Shown here piece by piece: positions 1 through 10,087 of a stretch of DNA of 64,000 nucleotides. Both the position numbers and the translations under genes were made by a program. How positions within the stretch are numbered: the stretch's first letter is position 1; each line of letters starts with the position of its first letter. The stretch comes from an uncultured virus (IMG/VR IMGVR_UViG_3300005617_000177) (taxonomy: Duplodnaviria; Heunggongvirae; Uroviricota; Caudoviricetes), in IMG/VR virus record IMGVR_UViG_3300005617_000177. One strand, written 5' to 3'. The notes beneath the pieces were generated by a model, which saw nothing but the letters and a program-made list of their open reading frames with translations, had not been told where the DNA came from and searched no databases.

Positions 1-339
1 AGCATTCTAACTATTATCACTCAGGATGTTTCGAGCTCCGCTTCCATTAGTTCGACAGGCATTGCATCGGTTACTTCGTCCGCATCTCTCGCCGCGCGCA
101 AGACCGCAGATATCGCCACTACTTTGTCGACAGCCGGCCCTCGTGATGTTGTATCTGTGGCTTGTATTTCGGTGCCTGGGTTTGCGTCGGTGAGCTCGTC
201 GGCGGCAATTTTCCGGCAGGCTGTTTTTGTGAATGTGACAACCACAGCCTCTCTTCGATCTATCCGTTGTCTGATCAGATTGAATGAAGAAAGATTGTTG
301 AATATTCGAATGCGAGAACGACAGTTAGGTTCACAGTAA
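1..339 (+). CDS. Partial (5' truncated) Ser/Thr/Ala-rich putative virion fibre/decoration protein
   Basis: Frame 1 is open from base 1 to TAA at 339. It has VxSSAxI-type repeats and a C-terminal CLIRLNE motif resembling CFISLNE at the end of the next gene. Confidence 0.55.
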   Translation, partial: SILTIITQDVSSSASISSTGIASVTSSASLAARKTADIATTLSTAGPRDVVSVACISVPGFASVSSSAAIFRQAVFVNVTTTASLRSIRCLIRLNEERLLNIRMRERQLGSQ

Positions 340-340
340 T

Positions 341-2563
341 ATGTTTCAGTCGCAGGCATTTCAAAATGATGGATTTCAGGGAGAAAGAGTTCTCATAGGA
401 GAATTGTCTCTTTCCTTATCCGACAACTTGAATGCATGGGCTGATTTCACTCCCTCTACAGATCTCTCATACGCGGTTACTGCTTCTGACTCAATCAACA
501 ATTGGGCTGATGCTATAGCTATTCGAGAGGGGCAGAATCTTTCATTCTCTGATTCGATCAACAACTGGGCGGATGCATTTACAAAGATTGGGAATGGACT
601 TCTATCATTTTCGGATTCAATAAACTTCTGGGCAGATCTTGGATTTGTTGTTGATTATTTCACAGAAGCAACAGACACACTTCTGGCCTCGCACGTAGGG
701 CAGATTGGAGGAACTTGGACAGCGCATGCTTCTGAGTCTACGAACGTTCTTACAGTTGATTCTGCTACTGATCGTTTGTATATGGCAGCCAATGGTCCGT
801 CGCTGTTCTTTGCCAGTGGAATACCACGCACGCCGGACTATTTTGTTGAATGTGATTTCTTCCTGTATACCGCTGAGAACGCCAACATTGGGATCTTGGC
901 TAGATTAGATACGGCAGCGAATACGTATTATGTTCTGCGATTAAATACAGGAACTCAATGGCAATTGAGGAAAGTTGTTGCTGGTGTAGCAACTTCTTTG
1001 GGTACAAGTAACAATCAGATTCCAGCTTCTGGTACTTCAGTTCGAGCTCGCTTAACTGTTGTCGGCACCAGCCTCATCGCTACTATTAATGGTGTCAATG
1101 AGATTTCCACTTCTGATTCGGATATTTCAGCAGCCGGCCGAGCCGCTGTAAGAGCATCTGGCTCTACCACGTTTAATACTGGAACTCATCTCGACAACTT
1201 CATCGCTGGAGATCAACTTCGCTCAATTATAATGGGAGAGCTTCTCTCCTTCTCGGATTCAATTAACAACTGGAATGATAGCGCCTCAGTAGTTCTTGCG
1301 AGTGGGCCTTCTCTTCTTCTATCGGTATCTGATGATCTGAATAATTGGGCTGATGCATTTACTAAGAGCGGAATTGGATTCCTCTCTTTTTCAGATTCTC
1401 TCAATAATTGGCTTGATGCTTCAACGCAAGCAATCGGCAAACTGATTTCTGCTTCCGATTCAATAAACAACTGGAATGATTCTTTAACTCTGGCTATTGG
1501 TCGTGTGGTCGATGCATCGGATTCCCTGAATAATTGGAGCGACTTCACTCCTACACTTCAACTTGATTTCGAAGGTACGATCTCAGACAACCTCAATGCC
1601 TGGGCGGATGCTTACGCGCAGCGAGCGGCAGGATTCCTTTCATTCTCGGATACTCTAAATAATTGGGCTGATGCTTATTCGCAGGTTGGGAATGGACTTC
1701 TCTCGTTCTCTGATTCTCTTAACAATTGGACTGATGCTTGTTCTCTGATAGGAAACGGTAGAGTTCCATGTTCTGACAATCTCAATGCATGGGCTGATGC
1801 TTGTGTCATTCAGGTTGGAATTCCAAAAGTCTTTAGCGACAGCATAAATAATCTTGCTGATGCTTGTTCGATTCGAGGCGCAGGACTATTGCCCTGTTCG
1901 GATTCTCTGAATGCATGGGCAGATTCATACAGCCAAAGCGCGGCAGGTTTCCTCACATTCAGTGACAATATTAATAATCTTCTGGATTTCGAACAGACGG
2001 CTCTTGGCAAATTATTAACTGCGTCTGATTCCTTGAATAATTGGGCAGATGCATACACACAGCAACTACTAACTGGCGGTATCTTCCTTCCGTTTACAGA
2101 TACTCTTGTATTCACCGACTCTATCGCTCTGAGAGAAGATTATCTTCTTGCTCTGGCCGACAATCTCAATGCCTGGAATGATTCTGTCATTCAGGCTTTG
2201 GGCGCTACACAGCTATCACTCTTTGACGACCTGAATAACTTTGCAGATTCGATCAATCTAAGTCATGTCCGTGATACCGACGTCACTTCTGATGCGGCAG
2301 TCACTTACGTCAATCATCTGGATGTCGGCACCACTGCCGCCATTCTGGGAATATCTACAGTCGTAGACCTGAATATTCCTTCTGATGCTTCTATCAATTT
2401 GTTCGGCTCAACCACGGTAGATTCGTCGGCGGTGATTGTCAGAATGCGGACTATTGAAGTCACAACGAGTGCCTCTATTTTGGCTGTGCCTTGCTTCATC
2501 TCTCTCAATGAGCGAGCAACATTTGTTGTGAGAGGTATTGCTAAACTAGCAGAAATACTGTAA
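341..2563 (+). CDS. Repeat-rich putative virion fibre/adhesin with central beta-sandwich (lectin/ConA-like) insert
   Basis: 740 aa with about 20 copies of a ~21-aa SDS(I/L)NNWADA repeat interrupted by a ~190-aa beta-rich domain. Function is inferred. Confidence 0.55.
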   Translation: MFQSQAFQNDGFQGERVLIGELSLSLSDNLNAWADFTPSTDLSYAVTASDSINNWADAIAIREGQNLSFSDSINNWADAFTKIGNGLLSFSDSINFWADLGFVVDYFTEATDTLLASHVGQIGGTWTAHASESTNVLTVDSATDRLYMAANGPSLFFASGIPRTPDYFVECDFFLYTAENANIGILARLDTAANTYYVLRLNTGTQWQLRKVVAGVATSLGTSNNQIPASGTSVRARLTVVGTSLIATINGVNEISTSDSDISAAGRAAVRASGSTTFNTGTHLDNFIAGDQLRSIIMGELLSFSDSINNWNDSASVVLASGPSLLLSVSDDLNNWADAFTKSGIGFLSFSDSLNNWLDASTQAIGKLISASDSINNWNDSLTLAIGRVVDASDSLNNWSDFTPTLQLDFEGTISDNLNAWADAYAQRAAGFLSFSDTLNNWADAYSQVGNGLLSFSDSLNNWTDACSLIGNGRVPCSDNLNAWADACVIQVGIPKVFSDSINNLADACSIRGAGLLPCSDSLNAWADSYSQSAAGFLTFSDNINNLLDFEQTALGKLLTASDSLNNWADAYTQQLLTGGIFLPFTDTLVFTDSIALREDYLLALADNLNAWNDSVIQALGATQLSLFDDLNNFADSINLSHVRDTDVTSDAAVTYVNHLDVGTTAAILGISTVVDLNIPSDASINLFGSTTVDSSAVIVRMRTIEVTTSASILAVPCFISLNERATFVVRGIAKLAEIL

Positions 2564-2588
2564 GTAGTTCAGAAAGGGGACATAGGTC

Positions 2589-2882
2589 ATGCCTTTTAGA
2601 GTGTTTCAAAATGGATCTCGTATTCGCCTTGAAGCGACTTTCACGGATGTCAATGGTACGCCAATCAACGCTACCAATATTCGACTACGTGTAAAGAATG
2701 GCATCGATGGTGCAGAGACTATTTACACTGGAAGCGACCTTACTCAGATCGGCACCGGGAACTATTACATCGACATCGATGTTGATGATGCCGGCTTGTG
2801 GCGGCACAGATGGGAATCTACCGGAGTTGTGAAGGGCGCTGAAGAACACCAGTTCGAAGTAAGAGCTTCTGATTTTCCGTAG
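2589..2882 (+). CDS. Small Ig-like phage structural protein (hypothetical)
   Basis: 97 aa, beta-rich, GTGNYYIDI...AGLWRHRW pattern; GGGGA SD upstream. Confidence 0.5.
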   Translation: MPFRVFQNGSRIRLEATFTDVNGTPINATNIRLRVKNGIDGAETIYTGSDLTQIGTGNYYIDIDVDDAGLWRHRWESTGVVKGAEEHQFEVRASDFP

Positions 2883-2894
2883 AAACCAAGTTTC
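2882..2894. repeat. 13-bp quasi-palindrome GAAACCAAGTTTC, copy 1
   Basis: Exact copy just upstream of the TerL SD. Confidence 0.7.
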
Positions 2895-2905
2895 CGTGAG
2901 GTTTT

Positions 2906-5218
2906 ATGACTTGTATTTGTTCGCAGATGGATTGGACCGGCGTTGATCAAACCCGAGAACATCACCCTGCATGTCCCGTGGTTCAATATGATCCCCAAGT
3001 ATTGATCGATGAAACGACTGTGCTGATCGGAGATATTTTATCTGCCGATTCTGGAAGAACCCCTCGATCAATGGCCGCAGCCGAGAAGCTTGCAGCCTTC
3101 TTGTCTGACGATTTCTCTGACCGGAACGATGAAGCCGCTGTTCTTGTGCGAGAAATGATTCGCCGAGTCACAGAAAAGATTTCAGGCGCCGCTAGAGAGC
3201 GCTTCAACGATTTGATTGACGTGGCATTAGCGCGCGTCGACTTGAAGGCATCCCTGGAATATTGGATGCGCCAAGACGATGGCAAGCCCTTGATGAACGA
3301 GGAAGAGCAGCCTGGGCTTACGAAAATTCAGCAATTCTTCTTGGACTTCATGAGATACGCTCACGAAGAAGTTCTCATACCGATCATCTTCGCTCCGATG
3401 GGAAGCGGCAAAAGTTCGATCCTGGTTGGAGTTATGGCTTATAAGATCGGACAGAATCCCAACAGTTTATTGCAGCTAATCTGCTCAGACGACGACACGG
3501 CCGAGAAAAGAGGCATGGCGATTAAGAACATTCTTGAATCGCCTCACTACAAGAAGATCTATCCCAACGTCATTCCCGACATGAATAAGTGGTCTAATCA
3601 CGAACTCCTGGTAGTTCGCTCGCAGGCCGATGTGCGGCGAGAGCCGACCAGATTAACGATGGGGGATTCCGGTGCCATTGACAACACCTTAGTCTGTAAG
3701 GGAGCTACAAGCGGCGGATTGGGAAGCCGCGCAGGTTTCTCAGGATTCGACGATCTTGCCACCTACGAGAACGCAATCAGGACTCCGAAGGATGGTATTC
3801 ACGTTTCCAATATCCTTGCTCAGAAATGGTTTACACGTAAAAAGTCGCCGATCGGCGTCTCAGATTTAACTTACGATCGAAAGCAGAATCCGTGGCGAGG
3901 CGTGGTCATAGGCACTCCCTGGAGTCACGACGACTGCATTTATTCTCTCAGAGATTGGGAGGGAGCCGCGGTTGCCCTCATTGGTGTCAATGAAGCTATG
4001 ACCGCTTACAACGTAGAAATCTGGAGCCTGCCTGATAAATACATCGATCTACTCAAGAAGAAATACGGCCAGGGGAAATCGAGGTTCGGCCCTCTCCCAG
4101 AAGATCTCAAGAACTGGTGTATAAAAAAGAATATACCTGTTGTCGACTCTTATGAGCTTGGTGCCGGTGTTCATGTTGATAAACTTAATCCTTCAAAGGC
4201 CGTGATGGAAATCCCTCTCGGCAGACCCCGCAAATGGTATTTGGAATTATTGCAGAAATCCAAGGATGTACGACGAGATTTCGATATCCCGTATCGGGGT
4301 CGGGTATATGCGGAAGGCGAGAAAGCATTCCCTAACTTCTCCAATTCTCTGCGTTTGACGTATCCGAAAGACCTGGTGGTTTCTCCGCTCACCAGAGCAA
4401 CCGAAACAGATCGGGGTCGAAGAATCGAAGTTAGAAAGACCGAGATCAAGAGCAACAGAGATGGAGTCAAGACCCCATCAGGCTGGCTCGCCGAACTGGT
4501 CGATCCGCCCCTGGACTACGGATTAAAGATCGCGATGGTCGACTTATCGGGAGCGAATCGCGCCGGCACGGTGCTGTCGACGGCGGTTCTGACCGCGAAC
4601 TATCGGAGAAGAATTGTTGAAATTGCGATAGGCGCGTGGGCTCCGGAAGACATCTCAGATCAGATAGGTGAATTATTTAAGAGACATCCGGATCTGCATT
4701 TGTGTTATATTGAAACAGTTTCGATGCAGAATCTGTTTGTCAAGGAGATGGTCAAGCACAAAACGACCTATCCTTGGTGGGCGAAAATCGGCAGTTTTGA
4801 CAAGACGAATACTTCGAAACACGACGAGCAAATCGGTATCTTGACCACGGGAGTCTCGTATGCGAATGGCGGATTTGAAATTCCCAATACGTTTGAGATG
4901 GACGACCACGGACGGCTCTGTCCTTGTGGTTATTGCGTGGGAATCAAAGACGCTATCACACAAATTCGCACCGTTCCGATCAGTAGCGACGTTCTCATAA
5001 CTTGGTGGGCTCTGCATATTCAGATGCCCCATTCGTTTACGCCACCTGAACCTGAAGCACCCACAGGCTACTTACACGTAGCATCAGGGGCAGAATTGAT
5101 GAAGGCTCAACCGCCTTCTCCGATACAGAAGGCCATATTTTCTGGCTCAAAAAGAGACGGTCATCAGACCGCAGGCTTGTTTAACCCCCAACGGACAGTA
5201 GACAAAGGCTGGAAGTAG
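2906..5218 (+). CDS. terL: Terminase large subunit
   Basis: Walker A APMGSGKS, Walker B region GSRAGFSGFDD, coupling motif IGTPWSHDD, nuclease-like VDLSG and IETVS; precedes portal. Confidence 0.85.
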   Translation: MTCICSQMDWTGVDQTREHHPACPVVQYDPQVLIDETTVLIGDILSADSGRTPRSMAAAEKLAAFLSDDFSDRNDEAAVLVREMIRRVTEKISGAARERFNDLIDVALARVDLKASLEYWMRQDDGKPLMNEEEQPGLTKIQQFFLDFMRYAHEEVLIPIIFAPMGSGKSSILVGVMAYKIGQNPNSLLQLICSDDDTAEKRGMAIKNILESPHYKKIYPNVIPDMNKWSNHELLVVRSQADVRREPTRLTMGDSGAIDNTLVCKGATSGGLGSRAGFSGFDDLATYENAIRTPKDGIHVSNILAQKWFTRKKSPIGVSDLTYDRKQNPWRGVVIGTPWSHDDCIYSLRDWEGAAVALIGVNEAMTAYNVEIWSLPDKYIDLLKKKYGQGKSRFGPLPEDLKNWCIKKNIPVVDSYELGAGVHVDKLNPSKAVMEIPLGRPRKWYLELLQKSKDVRRDFDIPYRGRVYAEGEKAFPNFSNSLRLTYPKDLVVSPLTRATETDRGRRIEVRKTEIKSNRDGVKTPSGWLAELVDPPLDYGLKIAMVDLSGANRAGTVLSTAVLTANYRRRIVEIAIGAWAPEDISDQIGELFKRHPDLHLCYIETVSMQNLFVKEMVKHKTTYPWWAKIGSFDKTNTSKHDEQIGILTTGVSYANGGFEIPNTFEMDDHGRLCPCGYCVGIKDAITQIRTVPISSDVLITWWALHIQMPHSFTPPEPEAPTGYLHVASGAELMKAQPPSPIQKAIFSGSKRDGHQTAGLFNPQRTVDKGWK

Positions 5219-5237
5219 CCAGCGCCGTTGGAGCAAC

Positions 5238-6740
5238 TTGGCTCGACTAACTGCTTTAGAACGCCTCAATCGAGATTTCCGTGATGCTTACGGGTCTCGG
5301 GCCGTCTCGACCGCGCAAGGTCGTGCCGGATGGGATCGTGGACAATACGACCGGGCTTCGTCCTGGAAGGATATTTCCAACGTTCTCCGGCCGGATACCT
5401 CTATCACATATGAAGTTCCTAGCCGGGATATTGCTTTAGCCTACCTGGTTCAGGAAATGTATGCCGTCTGCTCTCCGTTTGCCCGGGCGATTAATCAAAT
5501 GGCTGGCGATGCCGGCCAGGATTCAATGGGCGATCACCAGCCCTATACGATCCTGGTCAACGAAAAGAATTCCAGAACCAAAGATAAAATAACCGAGATT
5601 CTAGATCGAGCTTATCGCATTACCCAAGTTGGACTTAACACAGAGATGCGTATTCGTCGTGCGTTAAAGACCGGTATGGCTATTGGTCAGCCGATATTTG
5701 AATACGACGGACTTCATTGGGATCTCGTCAGGGTTCAGTTGATGCCGACCTGGGAGATGATTCGGGATCCGAAACACAATACCTGGAAGCAAGTCAGAAA
5801 CTCTGGAGGGATGGGTAATCGCATTATCGGCGAATGGAATATTCCAAACTTCCTTGCAACCACAACAATCCTCGAGGACGACAACCAAATCTACGGGATG
5901 CCGATCGGCCAACTGGTCATTGCAGATTATCGCATGTTGGTATGGGCGATTGAGGATCTTGCTATCGCCGGCCGAACGCGCGCTCCGCGGCGATTGGTTC
6001 ATTACATCGGGTGGGAAAACAATCCAATCGTCATCGACGATGATCTTCTCAAAAAGTACAAGCAACGAAATTCTGTTGAGCCTACCACGATCTTGACCGA
6101 TCACTGGCTGAAGAAAGGCTTCGAAGAGATCGATCAGCTTGACGGAGATGCGTCGGGCGTCGAGGCCCTTCTCTTAATCGTCAAGGATCATACAGATCGT
6201 ATGAGGCGAGGTATCGGTATGTCGGCCGAGCCTTCAGATATGTCAGGTCGGGGATTGGAATCGGTCGACGCTGACTACGCCAGAGTCATCAACATTCTTC
6301 ACATGGCAGACTACAAGTTCCTGAAGAATATTGGTGATAAAGCCTTGCTGCTAAAGGGCTATACAGATGTCGACTACGCCGCCCTCATTCCGGCATTGGG
6401 TGAAACAGAAGCGAATAGATGGACAAGAGCTTCTGCTGCCCTGGAGCGCGGGCACATAGGTTACAGCCAATTCTGCGCCATAGTTGGATTGAAGCAGCCT
6501 GATGAAAATATGGCTGACATTGAGAAGTGGTTTGAATTCAGGAAGAAGCATGGAGTCCCACTGGTATTAGGGGACAAGGAGGATTCAGAACTGATAGGTG
6601 CATCCGGTGCGAAATCTACACGAACAGCGAAACAGGATGTGATAGGCACCGAATCGCCTGCCAAGGGCGCCGATCCACAAAAGGGTCGTACCCGTAGAGC
6701 CGAACAACGCCGGTCCGGAAAAACCCCATCTGGAGCTTAA
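5238..6740 (+). CDS. Portal protein (putative)
   Basis: 500 aa, immediately after TerL; TTG start with GGAG SD; size and synteny. Confidence 0.7.
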   Translation: MARLTALERLNRDFRDAYGSRAVSTAQGRAGWDRGQYDRASSWKDISNVLRPDTSITYEVPSRDIALAYLVQEMYAVCSPFARAINQMAGDAGQDSMGDHQPYTILVNEKNSRTKDKITEILDRAYRITQVGLNTEMRIRRALKTGMAIGQPIFEYDGLHWDLVRVQLMPTWEMIRDPKHNTWKQVRNSGGMGNRIIGEWNIPNFLATTTILEDDNQIYGMPIGQLVIADYRMLVWAIEDLAIAGRTRAPRRLVHYIGWENNPIVIDDDLLKKYKQRNSVEPTTILTDHWLKKGFEEIDQLDGDASGVEALLLIVKDHTDRMRRGIGMSAEPSDMSGRGLESVDADYARVINILHMADYKFLKNIGDKALLLKGYTDVDYAALIPALGETEANRWTRASAALERGHIGYSQFCAIVGLKQPDENMADIEKWFEFRKKHGVPLVLGDKEDSELIGASGAKSTRTAKQDVIGTESPAKGADPQKGRTRRAEQRRSGKTPSGA

Positions 6741-6743
6741 AGA

Positions 6744-7250
6744 ATGAATTTCATAGAAGACAATCTTATCCGCCAGATCGATCTCGAACGCAGCGGTGTC
6801 GATCAAGAGTCTCTGGAAGATGAAGCCATTCTTTACGAGCATCGCCTGTCTTTTTTCCTTTGGGCGGCTGAAGAATCGTACATGGTGGCCTCTCGCTATC
6901 CAGATAAATCCGATGTCGTTCTTTCGAGATTGGCAGGAGCGTTGGCGATTAGAGAGGCTCTCGAAAGAGAGAGAATCTATGCTCTATGTCGCCGGACTCA
7001 ATTAAGTCAACGCCGCATTAAGCTGTTGACTCCGACTGATCCTATTCGTTTGGAGTTTGAGCATCATGAAGCTCAAATCCGCAAGTTCAAACGAGATAGG
7101 GAAGATCTGGACGCCTGTGTAGGCTCTCGTAAATTCCTTAAGAGTCAGCGCGGATTGATGCGGATCTATCTGAATGCCAAAGGTCGAGGCCAGGAAGCCA
7201 AAATCGATTTTTCGATGAAGTGGCTTGAGGCTGCATATCCGGCCTTTTAG
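6744..7250 (+). CDS. Hypothetical head-module protein
   Basis: 168-aa ORF packed 3 nt after portal. Confidence 0.55.
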   Translation: MNFIEDNLIRQIDLERSGVDQESLEDEAILYEHRLSFFLWAAEESYMVASRYPDKSDVVLSRLAGALAIREALERERIYALCRRTQLSQRRIKLLTPTDPIRLEFEHHEAQIRKFKRDREDLDACVGSRKFLKSQRGLMRIYLNAKGRGQEAKIDFSMKWLEAAYPAF

Positions 7251-7276
7251 TGCAGCTTCCTGTCTGCGCTTAAAAT
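7250..7276 (+). promoter_or_regulatory. Candidate late promoter, copy 1 (GTGCAGCTTCC-N10-TAAAAT)
   Basis: Same 21-nt offset from GTGC to the -10-like hexamer as copies at 9127 and 14067; the next gene lacks an SD (possibly leaderless). Confidence 0.4.
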
Positions 7277-7280
7277 AGAA

Positions 7281-7490
7281 ATGATGCAGGAAGTTTTAGT
7301 CTCACTTCACGTTGATACGACAGCGGTTGATGCCGCCTTAGATCGAATTGGGGCGAGACTTTCAGAGATTTACCGTCAGGCAGTAGAGATTAAACAGTGT
7401 TTGCCTGATGTGTCTGGTGAAGTGGATGCAGTAATAGACAGTCTTGAAACCCTGGTGAGATTAGATCCGCCGACTAAGGAGTCAAAGTGA
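7281..7490 (+). CDS. Hypothetical protein
   Basis: 69 aa; GTGA overlap with next gene. Confidence 0.5.
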   Translation: MMQEVLVSLHVDTTAVDAALDRIGARLSEIYRQAVEIKQCLPDVSGEVDAVIDSLETLVRLDPPTKESK

Positions 7491-9112
7491 ATAACGAAGA
7501 AACCCGATACGTCGACAAGGAATTTGACACATCTCGAATGCGCTACTCAGTTTCCGAACTGGAAGCTGCGGTGCCGGCTGCGGTTCTGCGCGGATTGAAG
7601 AAGCGCGCGGCTGAAGAAGGGCGCGAACTCACTCGAGTTGACTTCGTGCTTATTTATCGAGAGCCGAACGGAGATGTGAATCTTCAGGCTGTTGAAAGAG
7701 CCTTGTCACAGTTGGACCGGGTTCAGTGGTTGAGCACGCCGGATCGAATATCAACCGAGGCCGAGCTGCGCCGCCATTTAAGATTTCGCAAAGAAAAAAG
7801 AGAGATTCAAGCAGATCTCATGACCACGCTTCAAGACGCGGCAATGCGAAGCACTCAGCTTATGCAAAGCGCTCAATTTTCGATTTTGGAAAGTCCTCGT
7901 GTCGAGAACATTAACGAATGGAAACCAGCCTTGCCGCCAGATGAGCAAGCTCTTGTGGATCTCCGCAATGTATTTGCAAAGAAGCAGGCAGGACAAACGG
8001 ATCGACCGAGAATTTCTGATGAAGCTCTCAACGCAGCAATGGCTGGCGATGGGTTTCATGTTCAGAACTTGGCGACTGCGGCGCCTGCTCTAGATTTAGC
8101 AGCAGCAGCGGCGACAGCCAAAACTCTCGCCGCACCTGAAGCTGAATACAGACCGCTTCCAAATTTCAGGGCTCTTGGAATTGATCGGCCGGCAGGTCCG
8201 GCTGTTCCGGAAGAGATGAAAGCCTTGATGGGGCAGACGAAGCCAGATGGTAAGCCCATCGATACCGATGATGTTTTCTCGGTAGGAGCGCTCCTGGCTG
8301 ACAACGATGTGATCTCGTCTCTTCAGTGTTTTTTCCCTGTGGTTGAGCTTGAGAGATTGGGCGCGATGATGGATGTGAGACCGGTTAAGAGCGATGAAAA
8401 TCATTCCCGGGAAGTAATGAGCGGAAGATTCACTCTGGTCAATCCCAAGATTGCTTCTGATCCTGGTACTCAACTCACGATAGATCATCCACTCCGAGAC
8501 AAGGTGGATTACAGCGCTCTGACGGCGCGCGCTCTCTTCCCAATAGAGGAATCAGATCCCGATCAGATCGCTGCGGTAGAAGCTGCGCGGCGGGGACGTC
8601 TTGAGAAGCTGTCGATCGCTTTCGGTTATGGCTCTGTGTCCTGCGGTCTTTGTGGAGAAATGGACATCAAGAAAGTCATCGGCGATCCCAACGGAAGTGC
8701 TGTAGCTGTCACCATTGCGAACACCCATCGGGATTTGCTCTGTAAGAATCTGGAAGAGTTGGGACCGATAGGCGCCACGATCAGAACTCCAGCGAATGTG
8801 CCCGGGAAATATCTTTACAGAACCGTGCGAGTAACGGCGGTCTCTATGGACGGCACAGTGCAGATTACACCGACACCGGTGTCCGCACTTCAGGAGGGTT
8901 CTGTGCTTATGCTCACCATGAATAATTTCTTCTGGTTCTTCGGAGGAATGGGCTACTGCAAAATTCATGGACTGCGTGGCGATTATTCTGCTGATGGCCG
9001 CCGAGTCGTTGGAATGTTCACAAATATGAGGGCTTTTATCAATACTGCGATTGTTGATAAGGGCGCAATTACCGACGCGATGCTTGTTTTACACCCTGAT
9101 CGGAAATATTAA
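7487..9112 (+). CDS. Putative head maturation protease-like protein
   Basis: Lies between portal and scaffold/MCP. ENHS..., LSIAFG..CGLCG and NTAIVDKGA segments resemble HK97-type/DUF2213 prohead proteases. Confidence 0.45.
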   Translation: MNNEETRYVDKEFDTSRMRYSVSELEAAVPAAVLRGLKKRAAEEGRELTRVDFVLIYREPNGDVNLQAVERALSQLDRVQWLSTPDRISTEAELRRHLRFRKEKREIQADLMTTLQDAAMRSTQLMQSAQFSILESPRVENINEWKPALPPDEQALVDLRNVFAKKQAGQTDRPRISDEALNAAMAGDGFHVQNLATAAPALDLAAAAATAKTLAAPEAEYRPLPNFRALGIDRPAGPAVPEEMKALMGQTKPDGKPIDTDDVFSVGALLADNDVISSLQCFFPVVELERLGAMMDVRPVKSDENHSREVMSGRFTLVNPKIASDPGTQLTIDHPLRDKVDYSALTARALFPIEESDPDQIAAVEAARRGRLEKLSIAFGYGSVSCGLCGEMDIKKVIGDPNGSAVAVTIANTHRDLLCKNLEELGPIGATIRTPANVPGKYLYRTVRVTAVSMDGTVQITPTPVSALQEGSVLMLTMNNFFWFFGGMGYCKIHGLRGDYSADGRRVVGMFTNMRAFINTAIVDKGAITDAMLVLHPDRKY

Positions 9113-9126
9113 TTCGATATTTCAGG

Positions 9127-9164
9127 GTGCAATTTGCGTGGGTATTTAATAATGGAAATTGAAG
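9127..9164 (+). promoter_or_regulatory. Candidate late promoter, copy 2 (GTGCAATTTGC-N10-AATAAT-GG-AAATTGAAG)
   Basis: Intergenic, upstream of scaffold/MCP; conserved with 14067-14103. Confidence 0.55.
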
Positions 9165-9189
9165 TAAGCCAGTTCTGGAGGAAAGAAAG

Positions 9190-10035
9190 ATGATGAAAGA
9201 CCTGAATCAGTCGCCCGACTACATGGAGCTCTTGGAAAGGGCCAGCCAGCAGTTCTTAACCGGAGCCGGTGGTGGGAATTCTCCCCAGGCTGGTAACGGG
9301 GTTGCACAGGGTTCGCCTTCTGCAATTCTGGCGGTGCACCAGGCTTACATGCAGTTCCAGGGCACGGCACAATCTCTAATTTCGAAAGCTCAGCATGACA
9401 TCGAACGTCGCGACGACAAGCTCGCTGCTCTCGGTGAGAAATATGAAGAGCAGGTCAAGGCGGTAGAGAAGCTTGGGACTCAGGTCGAGGAATTGACCAC
9501 CAAGATGAAGACCGCCGAAGAGCAGCACATTGTCAAGCTTGGTCAAGTCGAGACCGAGAAGAAGACTGCCGCCGACGAAGCTGCCGACACCAAGACCGAG
9601 CTCGAGACTCTCAAAGCTCAGATCGCAACCCTTCAGGATGAAATCACCGCACTCAAGGCTGAGCGCGATGGTCTCGCCACGGAGAAGACGGAGCTTGAGG
9701 AAAGAGTTGCAACTCTTGGCGCATCCAAGGTGATTCCGCCTGATGCCAAGAAGGAAGCCGGTGCCGACACCGCAAAGGGCGAGCCCCAGGGCAAGACTGC
9801 TATCAAGACTGCTGAGGAACTTGCTGACGAAGGTTCCGACTCGGCCGAGCGCACCCGCTGCGTTGCTGTGTTCAAGGAATACATGCTGCGCCGAGACGAG
9901 ATCAACGCCACAGGTGGTCGACACCGCTTGAACGAGTTCCACACCTGGAGAGGCGCGCACACTGCTGACATCGAGAAGGGCCGTGAGTATCTTCGCCAGA
10001 GCGGAGAGATTCCAGTCCAGAATTCTGTGCAGTAG
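9190..10035 (+). CDS. Capsid scaffolding protein (putative)
   Basis: Long Glu/Lys/Ala coiled coil directly before MCP; GGAGG SD. Confidence 0.7.
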   Translation: MMKDLNQSPDYMELLERASQQFLTGAGGGNSPQAGNGVAQGSPSAILAVHQAYMQFQGTAQSLISKAQHDIERRDDKLAALGEKYEEQVKAVEKLGTQVEELTTKMKTAEEQHIVKLGQVETEKKTAADEAADTKTELETLKAQIATLQDEITALKAERDGLATEKTELEERVATLGASKVIPPDAKKEAGADTAKGEPQGKTAIKTAEELADEGSDSAERTRCVAVFKEYMLRRDEINATGGRHRLNEFHTWRGAHTADIEKGREYLRQSGEIPVQNSVQ

Positions 10036-10087
10036 CTTCGAGCCCCGATTGAGTTTGTTTGAGACTTGAGGATAAAGGAGTCACGAG

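Noticed and set aside
410..2250. 63-nt periodic DNA repeats as a CRISPR array
   Set aside because: The units are degenerate at third codon positions, keep one reading frame and encode a protein repeat; there are no identical repeats with unique spacers and no cas genes.
9124..9137. Sigma54 promoter (TTGC)
   Set aside because: The GG-N10-GC spacing is not satisfied here or at 14067.
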